The notes: generated by a model from the sequence alone, not told the origin. DNA of 64,000 bases from Planctomycetes bacterium UBA1146 (GCA_002311345.1 DCAA01000006.1:14532-78531); one strand, 5' to 3'; shown: positions 17,032-27,829, numbered from the stretch's first letter. Made by a program: numbers and translations.

Positions 17032-18984
17032 ATGCGTTCCTGGTGTTTCTTGCTGCTGTTGACGATCCCTCTGGCCGCCTTGGTTCTGGCGGCTGGCTCG
17101 ATGCCCGTCTTGTCACTGGGAAATGTGACCCAGCCAGCCCGGGTGGCCGATGATTTCGATGCGATCAAGGTCGGTGATCGGATTCGAGTCACGCTTCGTC
17201 GTGGCGGCAAATATGAAGGAGAAGTGGTGGAGAAGGTCGGACAGATCATCTCCGTCAAGCACAGGTTCGGCACAGCCCGGATCGATCGTTCCGATGTTCT
17301 CGAATGGGAACGGTTCAAAACCATCTCCGAGCAGTTCGATGAACGCGCCGAGCAGTGCAAGACTGCCGAAGAGTGGTGTGATCTGGGCGACTGGGCAACC
17401 GAGCAAGCAGAGAACTCTCTTGCCGAACAGGCCTGGCGCAAGGCCACAGAACTGGACCCATCCAACAAGCGGGCCCGAGATGCCCTCGGTGAGGTTCTCC
17501 ATGAAGGAAAGTGGATGCCCCTCGAGGAAGCGATGCGAGCGCAGGGGAAGGAATCCTACGGCGGAGAGTGGCTCACCCCGGAGCAGATCGAAGCGCGCCA
17601 GGAGGAAGAATCAACGGCCATGCGCAAGGAATCGCTCAAGGGCCGTGATGCTTACATCGAGGAGTTGAAGGGGCGCCCGTGGGCAGAGATGGAGCCAATC
17701 ATCACCCCGCATTACGTCATCTACTGCAACTCGACCGAGGACAACGCAAGGTATTACTCGGATGTCATGGAGTCACTCTATCGTGCCTATGACAAGGTGT
17801 TCAAGGAGGAGTTCTGGCCGCGCAAGTTCAAGAAATTTGCCCGCAGTGAGGTCTACATCCACGCCAACCACCAGCAGTTCATGGACTGGACCGGCAATGG
17901 GCCTGGAATCGGTGGTTTTTACAACATGCTGCGCCAGGACGTGACCGTATATCACGGATCATTCGGGACCACGGGGAGCACCGAGGAAGTGCTGGCACAT
18001 GAGGGCACGCATCAGTTCGAAGGCATGATCTTCAAATCGCTTCCCTCGTTACCCATCTGGTTTGTCGAGGGGCTCGCGGTTTATTTCGGCGATGGATCGG
18101 AGATCAGTCGTCGCAAGATCGGGATCAATGAGATTCCGCGCGACCGGTTGGTCGGATTGAAGCAGGCCATCGAGGACGGGAACTACTGCGATATTCGGAA
18201 GTTGCTCAGGGTGCCTCACTCCCGTTTCGGGGGTTTCTTCTACGGCCATGCCTGGGGTGTTCTGTACTGGTGTCTGTACGGTCACGAGCATGGTGCATGG
18301 ACCAAAAAAGACAATACCGGCGTCAAGATCATGACTGATTGGGGACTGCACTGTCAGAAACTCAGTGGCCCTTGCAATTACGAGCAGGAAGCCCAGTTCT
18401 TCGAGGGCCTCATCACGATGCATACCGGTATGAGCATCGAAGAGTGGGAAACCGACTACAAGGAGTGGATCCTGGGGCTTCCGGTCAAGGAAACCGGTAG
18501 TAAACGAGGCCGGGTATTCAGCAGTGAGGAACTCAAGATGGAGATCACCAAACCTGCAGGCTGGCGCTGGCAGAAGCCGGGCGATCTTCACTCCGATGAA
18601 GTGGTTTCGTCCATCAGTGGTGGATCTTCCAAGAAGCGTATATCCACATATTGCTGGCCCAACTGGCAACATGCGGAACTGAGTGAGGAATATGCTCGTT
18701 CGCTGCTCAATAACATCTTCCAAGACATGGTTTTCATCGAGGAGATCGAGAGCAAGCAAATGGGGGGAAACCCGATGGTTGTGGCGGTGTTCGATGGCAA
18801 GAGAGTGATTGGCCAGGGTGCCAACAACGAACCCGAGTTGGGACCACAGAAGCGTTTCGCCATCGGTTTCTTCGGATCTCCCGACAAGATCTACGGTAAC
18901 GTGTTGGAGTGCGAGGCAGACGAGTTCGAGGACTCCAGGAAATTTTTCGAGGAGTACGCAGATAAATTCCGGAATACCGAATGA
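17032..18984 (+). CDS. Secreted gluzincin-type (DUF1570/peptidase MA-like) putative Zn-metallopeptidase, paralogue 1
   Basis: Signal peptide, small Sm-like beta domain (IRVTLRRGGKYEGEVVE), TPR-like ELDPSNKRARDALG, LAHEGTHQ followed by WFVEGLAVYF (HExxH plus distal E). Confidence 0.8.
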   Translation: MRSWCFLLLLTIPLAALVLAAGSMPVLSLGNVTQPARVADDFDAIKVGDRIRVTLRRGGKYEGEVVEKVGQIISVKHRFGTARIDRSDVLEWERFKTISEQFDERAEQCKTAEEWCDLGDWATEQAENSLAEQAWRKATELDPSNKRARDALGEVLHEGKWMPLEEAMRAQGKESYGGEWLTPEQIEARQEEESTAMRKESLKGRDAYIEELKGRPWAEMEPIITPHYVIYCNSTEDNARYYSDVMESLYRAYDKVFKEEFWPRKFKKFARSEVYIHANHQQFMDWTGNGPGIGGFYNMLRQDVTVYHGSFGTTGSTEEVLAHEGTHQFEGMIFKSLPSLPIWFVEGLAVYFGDGSEISRRKIGINEIPRDRLVGLKQAIEDGNYCDIRKLLRVPHSRFGGFFYGHAWGVLYWCLYGHEHGAWTKKDNTGVKIMTDWGLHCQKLSGPCNYEQEAQFFEGLITMHTGMSIEEWETDYKEWILGLPVKETGSKRGRVFSSEELKMEITKPAGWRWQKPGDLHSDEVVSSISGGSSKKRISTYCWPNWQHAELSEEYARSLLNNIFQDMVFIEEIESKQMGGNPMVVAVFDGKRVIGQGANNEPELGPQKRFAIGFFGSPDKIYGNVLECEADEFEDSRKFFEEYADKFRNTE

Positions 18985-18994
18985 GGTTCCCTCG

Positions 18995-21136
18995 ATGAGA
19001 TGGACCTTTTTACTGTTACTGAGTTTTTTCGTCGTGGGTTTTCCTGCGCTGGCGTTTTCGCCATCCTGGTCGAGCGCAACATATTGTCTTGTTGCCGGCG
19101 AGAGGGTCATCGTTGTTCTCAAGGATGGGAGCGAGGTGATCGGAGAAGTGGTCGAAGAGAACGCACAGAGGATTTCGGTGAGCAGCGTATTTGGAGTTAC
19201 CTCCATCGAGATGGATCGAGTTGAGTCCATCATCCGGGGTGAAGAAGTAGATCGCAGAGAGTTCGATCAGCGGCAGAAGCGAGCGCTTCGACGTGGTTCA
19301 GCGGCCGGATGGTACTCCCTGGGTGTGTGGGCGCAGGAGAGAGGGCTCGCGGACAAGGCACGAAGTTCCTTTGAGAGTGCTCTCGATATCGATCCTGAAC
19401 ATGAACCCTCGAAGATCGCACTCGGTTGGGGCAAGGTCGAAGGAGAATGGAAGAATCCTGAAGAAATCGCCGCCCTCCTCGATAAGGGATGGCGTCGTGA
19501 TGGTGCAAACCTGCTGCCGCCGCGGGCGGGAACTCCTGTTGGACCGAAGAAGCCCGAGCCGAAAAAGCCAGAGGCCACTTCGCCGAAGCCCGATTCGACC
19601 AGGCCTGGAAGAATCTCGACGCCGGAATCAGTACTCGGGAAACTCTCTCCCAAGGAGCAAAAGCGACGCGAGACAGAACTGGAGAGAAGACGTCAGGAAC
19701 GGCTGAAGTTCGAGCAGGGGAAACGTCGTGAGTATGAGGGGGTCCCCTGGCCTCGTCGTAGTATTATCAAGTCAAGAAACTGGCAGATCGAGTGTAACAG
19801 CACCCCCGAGGTGGCCCGCACATACCAGTGGATCATGGAGGCGCTCTCTTCCACTCTTGGCAAGATCTTCAAGGCGCCGGATGTGCGCAGGCAGAAGCCG
19901 GTGGTGAAGATCTACCGCAATCATGACGAGTTCATGCTCAAGACTGGAATGGGCGGCGGCGTCGGTGGCTTCTATCAACCTGATTCGCAAAATGTGGTGG
20001 CCTACCACGGCACCTTCGGATTGACGGGAACCACCTACACGGTTCTGGCTCACGAAGGGACACACGCCTTTCAGGGCAAGAAACTCGCCCGTATGACGAA
20101 TTACCCGAACTGGTTCATCGAAGGAATGGCGGTCTACTTCGGCGACGGTTCTAAACTGGACTACAAGAAGAAGAGAGTGGTCACTGGACTGATTCCCCGT
20201 GATCGCCTCTTCCACATCCAGGAGAAGATCGCTGAAGGTCGCCACACACAACTTTCCAAACTGGGAGGTCTGCCCCGGAATCGATTCAGCGGCACTCACT
20301 ACGCCGATTCATGGGCGGTGATGCACTACCTGATCAATGGTCCAGAGAGCAAGAAGGGGCAACGATTCCTCGTCGATTACTGGAAACTGGGAGAGAAGCG
20401 TCGCGTTGGTCAACGGCAATTCAACAACCTTGCCGAGCGGTACTTCGGAGATGTCGATCAGATGGAAGCCGACTGGCAGAAATATGTCCTGTCCCTGAAG
20501 CCGGATCCTGCCGGTGAGATCGACGGCGATCATTTCGTCTCGATGGATTTCATGTTTTCCATCTCTCGCCCTGATGAGAAGTGGGAATATGTTCTCGACG
20601 AGATCCAGGATCGCGATCTCGTACTGATGCGTATTCCCGAGACCCGAAACGAGATCCGGGTTCGCATCCTCACTAAATCCGAGGATAGTCAGCGCCCCCA
20701 GGACTGGATCGATTCCGAGTTGCTTCCAGCTCTGCGCAAGAAGTACCGGGACGTCCGCTCCTTTTCCGGTGATCTCGGTGGGTTAGACGCTTATGTGTTC
20801 GAGTTCTACGACCGTCCTCCCGAGCCGGAGAAGAAGGAAGAAGAACAGGATGGGTCCGCCGACGGCGAGCAGGGTGCCGGCGCAGGAGACACGAAGAGTT
20901 TCTTGCAAAAACTGACCATGGCTGCTCAGCAGGAGCCTCCGGATCCAGATGACGGCGAGAAAGGCACGGCTGAAGAGGCGCCAAAACTGCTCAAGCATCG
21001 TTCTTATGTCCTCGTTGGTGTTTCCAATGCGTATGAACTCAGAGGATCATTCGAACAGACACAGTTCGACGAACTGTTGGGGGACCTGGAGTGGGTCGCC
21101 TTTTCCTTCGAGAAGATTCAGAAAAATCGCTGGTGA
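18995..21136 (+). CDS. Secreted gluzincin-type (DUF1570/peptidase MA-like) putative Zn-metallopeptidase, paralogue 2
   Basis: Start moved to ATG 18995 (MRWTFLLLLSFFVVGFPALA). Same architecture: VIVVLKDGSEVIGEVVE, DIDPEHEPSKIALG, LAHEGTHA, WFIEGMAVYFGDGS. Confidence 0.8.
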   Translation: MRWTFLLLLSFFVVGFPALAFSPSWSSATYCLVAGERVIVVLKDGSEVIGEVVEENAQRISVSSVFGVTSIEMDRVESIIRGEEVDRREFDQRQKRALRRGSAAGWYSLGVWAQERGLADKARSSFESALDIDPEHEPSKIALGWGKVEGEWKNPEEIAALLDKGWRRDGANLLPPRAGTPVGPKKPEPKKPEATSPKPDSTRPGRISTPESVLGKLSPKEQKRRETELERRRQERLKFEQGKRREYEGVPWPRRSIIKSRNWQIECNSTPEVARTYQWIMEALSSTLGKIFKAPDVRRQKPVVKIYRNHDEFMLKTGMGGGVGGFYQPDSQNVVAYHGTFGLTGTTYTVLAHEGTHAFQGKKLARMTNYPNWFIEGMAVYFGDGSKLDYKKKRVVTGLIPRDRLFHIQEKIAEGRHTQLSKLGGLPRNRFSGTHYADSWAVMHYLINGPESKKGQRFLVDYWKLGEKRRVGQRQFNNLAERYFGDVDQMEADWQKYVLSLKPDPAGEIDGDHFVSMDFMFSISRPDEKWEYVLDEIQDRDLVLMRIPETRNEIRVRILTKSEDSQRPQDWIDSELLPALRKKYRDVRSFSGDLGGLDAYVFEFYDRPPEPEKKEEEQDGSADGEQGAGAGDTKSFLQKLTMAAQQEPPDPDDGEKGTAEEAPKLLKHRSYVLVGVSNAYELRGSFEQTQFDELLGDLEWVAFSFEKIQKNRW

Positions 21137-21163
21137 TCTTCTGAAGTTGGCTCGGATCGGGCC

Positions 21164-21805
21164 TTATTTGGCCGGAGAGAACCTCAGTTTTTTACCATCG
21201 TACTCCAGATGGCGTATTTCACCGATGATGGGAACCAGTTGCCCGAGCAGATCGGTGATGATTTCTTTCGAGTTCTCCTGGCTCAAATTCTCTCCCTTGT
21301 AGATAGAGCCCCACTGATAAAGATCGAGTTGTGCATCGGCAACACTTCCGGAGACGATCTTGATCGTCCCGACGATTTCCAGATTGGCGAAACGACCGCG
21401 TAACAGCCAGGGGACAGTCTCCAGATCTTCAGAAAATCCGAGGGTGAGCAATAGGTGCAACGGACCGTCTGGTTGAGGAATCAATCTCATTCCGCTTCCT
21501 GCTAGCAACTCGCCATCGGCGATCTTCGATTCGATAAGAGCAGCGATGAGTTGATTCCAGCGAGCAGGAGTCAACTCGAGTTCTCCACCGGAAGAGCGCC
21601 AGAGTTGCATCCAGGAACTCGGTTCTGTCGCTTCTTCAAGTGGTGGTAGAGTCAAAGGAGAAGTCGGCAAGCCACCGGAGATGACCATCCAGGTCGCGAT
21701 CAAGGCTCCCAGTCCCAGGGCCAGGATCAGTAGCAGCAGGCAACCCCCGAGGCGGAAGAGCGGATTCCCTGTGGACGGGGAGTCGGTTGGGTCGATCGTG
21801 GTCAT
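21164..21805 (-). CDS. Hypothetical single-pass membrane protein, 213 aa
   Basis: N-terminal TM (LGGCLLLLILALGLGALIATWMVI) and a globular remainder. Fills the gap between flanking genes; GGGAAG upstream. Confidence 0.65.
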   Translation of the reverse strand: MTTIDPTDSPSTGNPLFRLGGCLLLLILALGLGALIATWMVISGGLPTSPLTLPPLEEATEPSSWMQLWRSSGGELELTPARWNQLIAALIESKIADGELLAGSGMRLIPQPDGPLHLLLTLGFSEDLETVPWLLRGRFANLEIVGTIKIVSGSVADAQLDLYQWGSIYKGENLSQENSKEIITDLLGQLVPIIGEIRHLEYDGKKLRFSPAK

Positions 21806-22048
21806 TTCTTCCCTTATTACAGGGCTTCGACGTGACAGCCCATCCGCCCGAAAGTACCGTTCAATGGCCGAGGACGGACCATCAGGGTAGATGGGAGTGC
21901 TCGATGGAGCCAGGAATGAGGCCGATATTCGTCCAGATTTCCTTCCACGAAAGGCGTCGAACCGATAAAAGCGATCAGTAGTTTCTGTGACGAACCTGGT
22001 GTCGAGTCAGGTCACATCTGAGAGTTTCTCTTCCGGGTTGGATTTTTA

Positions 22049-25000
22049 ATGCAAGAGAGTGGAACCAGCAAGAGATGGAGCGGCCGACTTGTTGGCCTTC
22101 TGGATCCTTCAGATCCACGACTGACTGACGATCGCCTGGCACCGATCCTGCGTGATTTTCTGGAACAGTACGACTCTGTTCTCGATGAACTCGATGACGA
22201 GGATGTTCTCCGGTCTCTGGCAGAAGATCTCCTGACAACCTTCAACCTGTTTCTGAAGCGGAAAAAAGAGGAGATTCTTGTCCACCTTTCCGCTGAAGAG
22301 ACTCCCCAAGAAGAATCCAGTACCACCTTCATCGATGTAGTGTGCAAGGATCAACCATTCATCGTGGATACCCTCGAGATGATTCTCGATGAATTTCACC
22401 TGGAGGTGATCAGCAAGCATACCGCCAGTGCTCCTGTGATCCGCGATCGCGACGGCACCATACAGGCCATCGATGGAACCGCGGCCAAGGCCAGGGACGA
22501 AATCATCTGTCATTTCGAGATCAGTGATATCTCGAAACAGGAAGTTCGAGAGCAACTGCTGGAACAGATCCGAGAGAGGCTCTCGATGGCCGCAATCGCT
22601 GTCAAGGATTTCAAGCGAATGAAAGGGGTGCTGCGCGATTCGATCCGGTCGATCCGACGCTCGGCAGCAGGTGATCCCGAGGGGGATTACAATCAGACTC
22701 GCAATCTGCTCGAATGGTTGTTACAGGATCATTTCATACTGTTCGGTGTCAAGCGCTGGGCTTGCTCTGACGAATCCCTCAGTTCTCTCGAGGAGGATAT
22801 TTCCCTCGGGATTTCATGTCCCGATTCAGAGGATGACGAAGTCATCCGTCATGCGATCGAACGACTCGGCAGCGATAACCCGCCAATAGATCGACTGGTC
22901 TCCTTCAAGGGGATGGCCGAATCATTCATTCACCGTCAAGGAAAGATCGACCATATCGTTCTGAAAGAGCCGGGGGGTCTTTCCTCGACCCGGTTTGTGC
23001 ACATCTGGGGTCTATTCACCTTCAAGGCGGTCCAGACCCCCGGAGATCAAATTCCTCACGTGCGTAACAAATTCGAGCGAGTCATTTCACAGCACTCCTT
23101 CCCGAGGGGCGGAATGCGTTACAAGGCCTACCAGAACTCCTTCAACTCGATACCGGTGGAGTTCCTGTTCCAGGCGCAATCCAGCGAAATCGATGCTGTC
23201 ATCCAGGCGATTCACTTCGTCGAAAGATCGAAGGAGATTCGCGGGCATCTGGTCGTCGATGAAGAACGTCGCAAGGGGTTGTACTTCCTGATCACCCCAC
23301 GAGACGGATATTCCGAGGAACAACGATCCAGGATCGAGGAGATTCTGTTCGAGTTGATGGGTGCAAGTTATTCCGATTCCCGGGTCAAACTGGGAAAGCA
23401 TGGCACCGTACTGCTCTCTTTCTTCTTCACTGCTACCGACAAGTTACACGAGGTCACCCCCGAGCAGATCGAGGAGAAGGTACGACTGGTCGCCGGATCC
23501 TGGTCAGATCGCCTGCATCGGCAACTTCATCTCGACATCGGCTCAGCAGCAGAATCGCTGTTTCGCAGCTACCGTGATGCGTTTCCAAAGGGGTATCAGA
23601 TCAGCCATTCCCCTGATGAGGGGGTACAGGATATCGAGAAACTGGAGCAGATTCGTCCCTCCGATGAGTTCGGGATGGCCTTCAGTGTTTTCCGAAACGA
23701 GATCGATCGTGACAGGAGTTCTGCGCGCTTGAGGATCTATCAGCGCAAGAACCTGTTTCTGTCGACGACATTGCCGATTCTGGGTAACTTCGGCCTCGAG
23801 ATCGTCGATCAGAACGCTTTTCAGGTCTCTCCATCAACCGGAGAGAAACTGACCATCGATACCTTTCAGGTGCATGGTGTAACTACAGATGACCATCCCC
23901 TGGTGACACGATCCGCGCTGGTCGTCGATGCTCTGAAATCGATCTTCAATGGATCCAGTAGTAGTGATCTTCTCGATAGACTCGTTCTCGAGGTAGGAGT
24001 CGATCACCGCGATGTCGACTTGATCCGAAATCAACTCCACTTCCTCCACCAACTGGGAATCTCAACCACCATCGCTTTTGCCTCGGGGACTCTGTGCCAA
24101 CATGCTGGCATCACGAGGAAGTTACTGGAGTACTACCACATCCGATTCGACCCGGATCTGGACCTGGAGATGTGTGAGAGAAAATCAGAATCGGCGGAAA
24201 TCCACGGTGATATCCTTCGCGCTCTCAATGACGTTCGATCCAGTGCACAGGACATCTTTCTTCGTAGGGTTCTCGGGATCTTCGAATCGACACTCAGAAC
24301 CACCCGATTTCATCACAATCAAGATCCGCTCCAGGCATACAAGTACGACTCCGTCGCCTTACCCGTGGGCGCTCACCCGAGACCATGGAGAGAGATCTTT
24401 GTTCATCACCCGGAGGTCGAGGGAGTCCATCTGCGTGGCGGACCTCTGGCCCGAGGAGGTCTGCGGTGGTCTGATCGGACGACCGACTACCGAACAGAGG
24501 TACACGGTCTGCAACGTACCCAGATGGTCAAGAATGTGCTCATCGTTCCGGTTGGAGCAAAGGGTGGATTTATCCTGCGCAAACCGGCATCGGATCGAGG
24601 GGAGAGGAGAGAGCAGGCTGATCGACTCTACAGGGTCTTCGTCGAGGGACTGCTGAGACTGACCGATAACGTGGTCGATCAGCAGGTGGTAGTTCCTGAA
24701 CGTACAATTCGTTGGGACGGAGATGATCCTTACCTGGTCGTGGCCGCCGACAAGGGCACCGCTCACCTGTCCAATACCGCCAACGAGATTTCGAAGGAAC
24801 ATGGTTTCTGGCTCGGAGATGCGTTTGCCTCCGGTGGCAGCAATGGATACGACCACAAAAAACTCGCCATCACGGCAAGGGGATCGTGGGAGCAGGCGAA
24901 ACTTCACTTCCGGAAACTTGAAATCGAATTCGAAAAGGATCCCTATTCGGTCGTAGGTATCGGGGATATGAGTGGCGATGTGTTCGGTAATGGCATGCTG

Positions 25001-26842
25001 CTGGCACGAAATGCCAAGTTGATCGCTGCTTTCAATCATCTGGATATCTTCATCGATCCCGATCCTGACCTGGAATTGGCTGCAAAGGAACGGGAGCGGC
25101 TGTTCAAACTGAAGAGATCGAGTTGGCGAGATTATGATCCAGAGTTGATTTCCGCAGGAGGAGGGGTTTTCGACAGGAGTGAGAAAAAGATCAGCCCTTC
25201 TCCGGTTGCCAGAGTGCTGCTCGGTTTGCCCGGTAGTGGAGACTTCTCACCGGAAGAAGTGATCCGCTCCATCCTCGGTGCGGAAGTCGACATGATCTAC
25301 AACGGAGGGATCGGTACTTTCATCCGATCTTCCCAGGAGAGTAATCGAGATGTCAACGACGCTTCGAACTTTGCCTGCAGGATCGCAGCCGATGCTGTGC
25401 GTGCCCGCATGGTCATCGAGGGCGGAAATCTCGGAGTGACTCCCAAGGGCAGAGTTGAACTGGCCCGCGCCGGAACGCAGATCAATACCGACTTCATCGA
25501 TAACTCGGGTGGGGTGGATTGTTCTGACCACGAGGTAAACCTGAAGACCCTACTGCATGATGTGGTTCGCTCGGGTGCGATCACCCTGGAAGAACGAAAT
25601 CAGGTCCTCATCGATGTTCAAGCAGATGTTTGTGAACAGGTGCTCGACAACACGCGAGAACAGGGTCATCTGCTCGGCCTCGATGAGGTTCGTTCCAATA
25701 GTGACCCCTTCTCCTTCGAGAGAACCATGATGATCCTCGAAGATCGGGGAGTCCTGGACCGGGAGGCGGAATCTCTGCCGAGTCACGAGGAACTTGCGAC
25801 TAGACATGCAGCAGGAGGTGGGCTGACTCGACCGGAACTCGCCGTTGTCGGAGCACACGCGAAGATGGATGTCTATCGTCGTCTTCTCAAGCAACCAGAG
25901 GGTCGAGTCGATGAGAACAGACTTCTCTTCGAATATTTTCCCGAGAAGATTCGAGAGCAATTTCCCGAATCGATCGCGAAGCATCAATTACGTCGAGAGA
26001 TCGCGATGACGGTGTTGACCAACAAGATCGTGGATCGTGGCGGTTCTTCATTCTGCCTCGATATGGAGAGAGAGACGGGAAGATCCATCGGTCATGTCGC
26101 GAGATCATATCTGATGGCCGATGATCTCATCGGTGCCGAGGAGATGAGAAAAGAAATCCTTGCACTCGAGAACATCTCTTCAGAAGTGGTCTACACTTCT
26201 CTGGTACGAATCGAGGAGGCTCTGCGCAGGACCGCTGCCTGGCTGCTGTCGACCAATGACGATGACCGTCTCGACCGCATCGAAGCCCTCATCGCCGAGG
26301 GAGTGAGGCCGCTGCAGGAGTACGAGGATTCGATTCCCGGTTGTCTCGCGGGCCCGGAACTGGAGCGTCATGAAAATCACCTGCAGGAGGCGATGGCACT
26401 CGGGTTGTCCGAAACTTTCGCCCAGCGTATGACGAAGTTCGAGTATCTCACCGCCGGGGTGCGGATTCTGGACATCAGTCGTAGTTTCGAAATCCGTGTT
26501 CCTGATGTGGCCCGCCTCTACTATTACCTGGGCAATCGCAGTGGACTCCATCCGCTGGTGAGAAAGTGTGACGAAGCGGATTTCTCGGGCCGCTGGGATT
26601 CGCTCTCGATGCGGATTCTGCGCAATACCATCCTCGATGGTCTCTGGGCTCTGGTGGCCAAGATCTGCAGCAAGGCGCCAAAAGACCCCAAAGATGGCTG
26701 GATCGAGCAACTGGTCGAGGAGCTGCGCAGAAAGCCGAGTTTCAAGGCGATGGAATCGGACATTCGCCGCATCGGCTCGGAAGAACTCAGCATCGCATCG
26801 GTACAGGTTCTGAGTGTGCGTTTCCGCAGATTCGTTCAGTGA
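22049..26842 (+). CDS. gdhB: Large NAD-specific glutamate dehydrogenase (Bac_GDH type), 1597 aa
   Basis: DQPFIVD, EGVHLRGGPLARGGLRWSDR, VKNVLIVPVGAKGGF, YLVVAADKGTA, GDAFASGGSNGYDHK, GIGDMSGDVFGNGML, DFIDNSGGVDCSDHEVN. Confidence 0.96.
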   Translation: MQESGTSKRWSGRLVGLLDPSDPRLTDDRLAPILRDFLEQYDSVLDELDDEDVLRSLAEDLLTTFNLFLKRKKEEILVHLSAEETPQEESSTTFIDVVCKDQPFIVDTLEMILDEFHLEVISKHTASAPVIRDRDGTIQAIDGTAAKARDEIICHFEISDISKQEVREQLLEQIRERLSMAAIAVKDFKRMKGVLRDSIRSIRRSAAGDPEGDYNQTRNLLEWLLQDHFILFGVKRWACSDESLSSLEEDISLGISCPDSEDDEVIRHAIERLGSDNPPIDRLVSFKGMAESFIHRQGKIDHIVLKEPGGLSSTRFVHIWGLFTFKAVQTPGDQIPHVRNKFERVISQHSFPRGGMRYKAYQNSFNSIPVEFLFQAQSSEIDAVIQAIHFVERSKEIRGHLVVDEERRKGLYFLITPRDGYSEEQRSRIEEILFELMGASYSDSRVKLGKHGTVLLSFFFTATDKLHEVTPEQIEEKVRLVAGSWSDRLHRQLHLDIGSAAESLFRSYRDAFPKGYQISHSPDEGVQDIEKLEQIRPSDEFGMAFSVFRNEIDRDRSSARLRIYQRKNLFLSTTLPILGNFGLEIVDQNAFQVSPSTGEKLTIDTFQVHGVTTDDHPLVTRSALVVDALKSIFNGSSSSDLLDRLVLEVGVDHRDVDLIRNQLHFLHQLGISTTIAFASGTLCQHAGITRKLLEYYHIRFDPDLDLEMCERKSESAEIHGDILRALNDVRSSAQDIFLRRVLGIFESTLRTTRFHHNQDPLQAYKYDSVALPVGAHPRPWREIFVHHPEVEGVHLRGGPLARGGLRWSDRTTDYRTEVHGLQRTQMVKNVLIVPVGAKGGFILRKPASDRGERREQADRLYRVFVEGLLRLTDNVVDQQVVVPERTIRWDGDDPYLVVAADKGTAHLSNTANEISKEHGFWLGDAFASGGSNGYDHKKLAITARGSWEQAKLHFRKLEIEFEKDPYSVVGIGDMSGDVFGNGMLLARNAKLIAAFNHLDIFIDPDPDLELAAKERERLFKLKRSSWRDYDPELISAGGGVFDRSEKKISPSPVARVLLGLPGSGDFSPEEVIRSILGAEVDMIYNGGIGTFIRSSQESNRDVNDASNFACRIAADAVRARMVIEGGNLGVTPKGRVELARAGTQINTDFIDNSGGVDCSDHEVNLKTLLHDVVRSGAITLEERNQVLIDVQADVCEQVLDNTREQGHLLGLDEVRSNSDPFSFERTMMILEDRGVLDREAESLPSHEELATRHAAGGGLTRPELAVVGAHAKMDVYRRLLKQPEGRVDENRLLFEYFPEKIREQFPESIAKHQLRREIAMTVLTNKIVDRGGSSFCLDMERETGRSIGHVARSYLMADDLIGAEEMRKEILALENISSEVVYTSLVRIEEALRRTAAWLLSTNDDDRLDRIEALIAEGVRPLQEYEDSIPGCLAGPELERHENHLQEAMALGLSETFAQRMTKFEYLTAGVRILDISRSFEIRVPDVARLYYYLGNRSGLHPLVRKCDEADFSGRWDSLSMRILRNTILDGLWALVAKICSKAPKDPKDGWIEQLVEELRRKPSFKAMESDIRRIGSEELSIASVQVLSVRFRRFVQ

Positions 26843-26854
26843 CCTCTGACCGCT

Positions 26855-27829
26855 TCACTGTTTCAGGATGACGATCGACAACAGCCACAGCGCATAGAGC
26901 AGCAGCAAGAAGAAGCCGAGACCATTCTGGAGGCGTGGCGATTTCATGGGGACCAGTAGCAGGCAGATCGAAATCGTCATGATGACCATCACCACCAGAT
27001 CCATCTGGATTTCACCGATTCGAATCTCGAGGGGGCTCACGATGGCGGCAGCCCCGACGATGGCGATGAAGTTGAACAGGTTTGATCCCAGCACGTTTCC
27101 GACGGCGATTTCTGAAGACCCCCTGCGGAACGCAGCAAGTGAGGCGAACAGTTCTGGAGCACCGGTGCCTGCTGCGACGATGGTGAGGCCGATGGTGCTC
27201 TCCTTTATGTCGAGCGATTTGGCGAGGGTGATGGCTCCATTGACGAGGAACTCACCTCCTATCCATAGTAGCAGGGTTCCCAGGATCAGAGACGTTGTCA
27301 CTTTGAGGGAACTCTCTCCGGTGGTCATCTCATCGACCTCTCGGAGGACTGAGGATTGTTTGCGTCCGGTCCTGTAGATGAGCAGCAGCAGGATCAAGAA
27401 AACGATCTCCAGCACGATTCCTACGCTCCATGTCAGAGTTGATATTCCGTCGGATCTCTGATCGAGGTAGAGAGGGATCAGAAGTGCCAGTGTCGATAGG
27501 ACCAGCAATTTTATTTCGAACGATCCGGCCTCGATCCGACTTTGCCGGTTCAAGATGAGTACCAATCCCAGCACCAGTCCGAGATTGAAAATGTTGGAAC
27601 CGACGATGTTGCCGATGGCGAGCCCCGAACTCTGCTCGAACTGAGCGATCACGCAGACGACCAGTTCCGGAAGAGAAGTTCCGGCAGCGACCACCGTGAT
27701 TCCTATGAAGAGGGGCGAGACCTTCATCCGTAGAGCAAGGTTTGCGGCCCCGGCGACCAGGAAATCCCCTCCCCAGGCCAGGATCGCAAGCCCTCCCAGC
27801 AGGCTCGCAACCGCCATTAGATTCTCCAC
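26855..27829 (-). CDS. yrbG: Calcium/sodium antiporter (CaCA family, YrbG-like)
   Basis: About 10 TM helices; two alpha-repeats GTSLPE...GNIVGSNIFN and GTGAPE...GNVLGSNLFN. Confidence 0.92.
   Translation of the reverse strand: MENLMAVASLLGGLAILAWGGDFLVAGAANLALRMKVSPLFIGITVVAAGTSLPELVVCVIAQFEQSSGLAIGNIVGSNIFNLGLVLGLVLILNRQSRIEAGSFEIKLLVLSTLALLIPLYLDQRSDGISTLTWSVGIVLEIVFLILLLLIYRTGRKQSSVLREVDEMTTGESSLKVTTSLILGTLLLWIGGEFLVNGAITLAKSLDIKESTIGLTIVAAGTGAPELFASLAAFRRGSSEIAVGNVLGSNLFNFIAIVGAAAIVSPLEIRIGEIQMDLVVMVIMTISICLLLVPMKSPRLQNGLGFFLLLLYALWLLSIVILKQ

Noticed and set aside
18049..19233. 394-aa minus-strand ORF
   Set aside because: Antisense to the two well-supported peptidase genes, with no recognisable domain.
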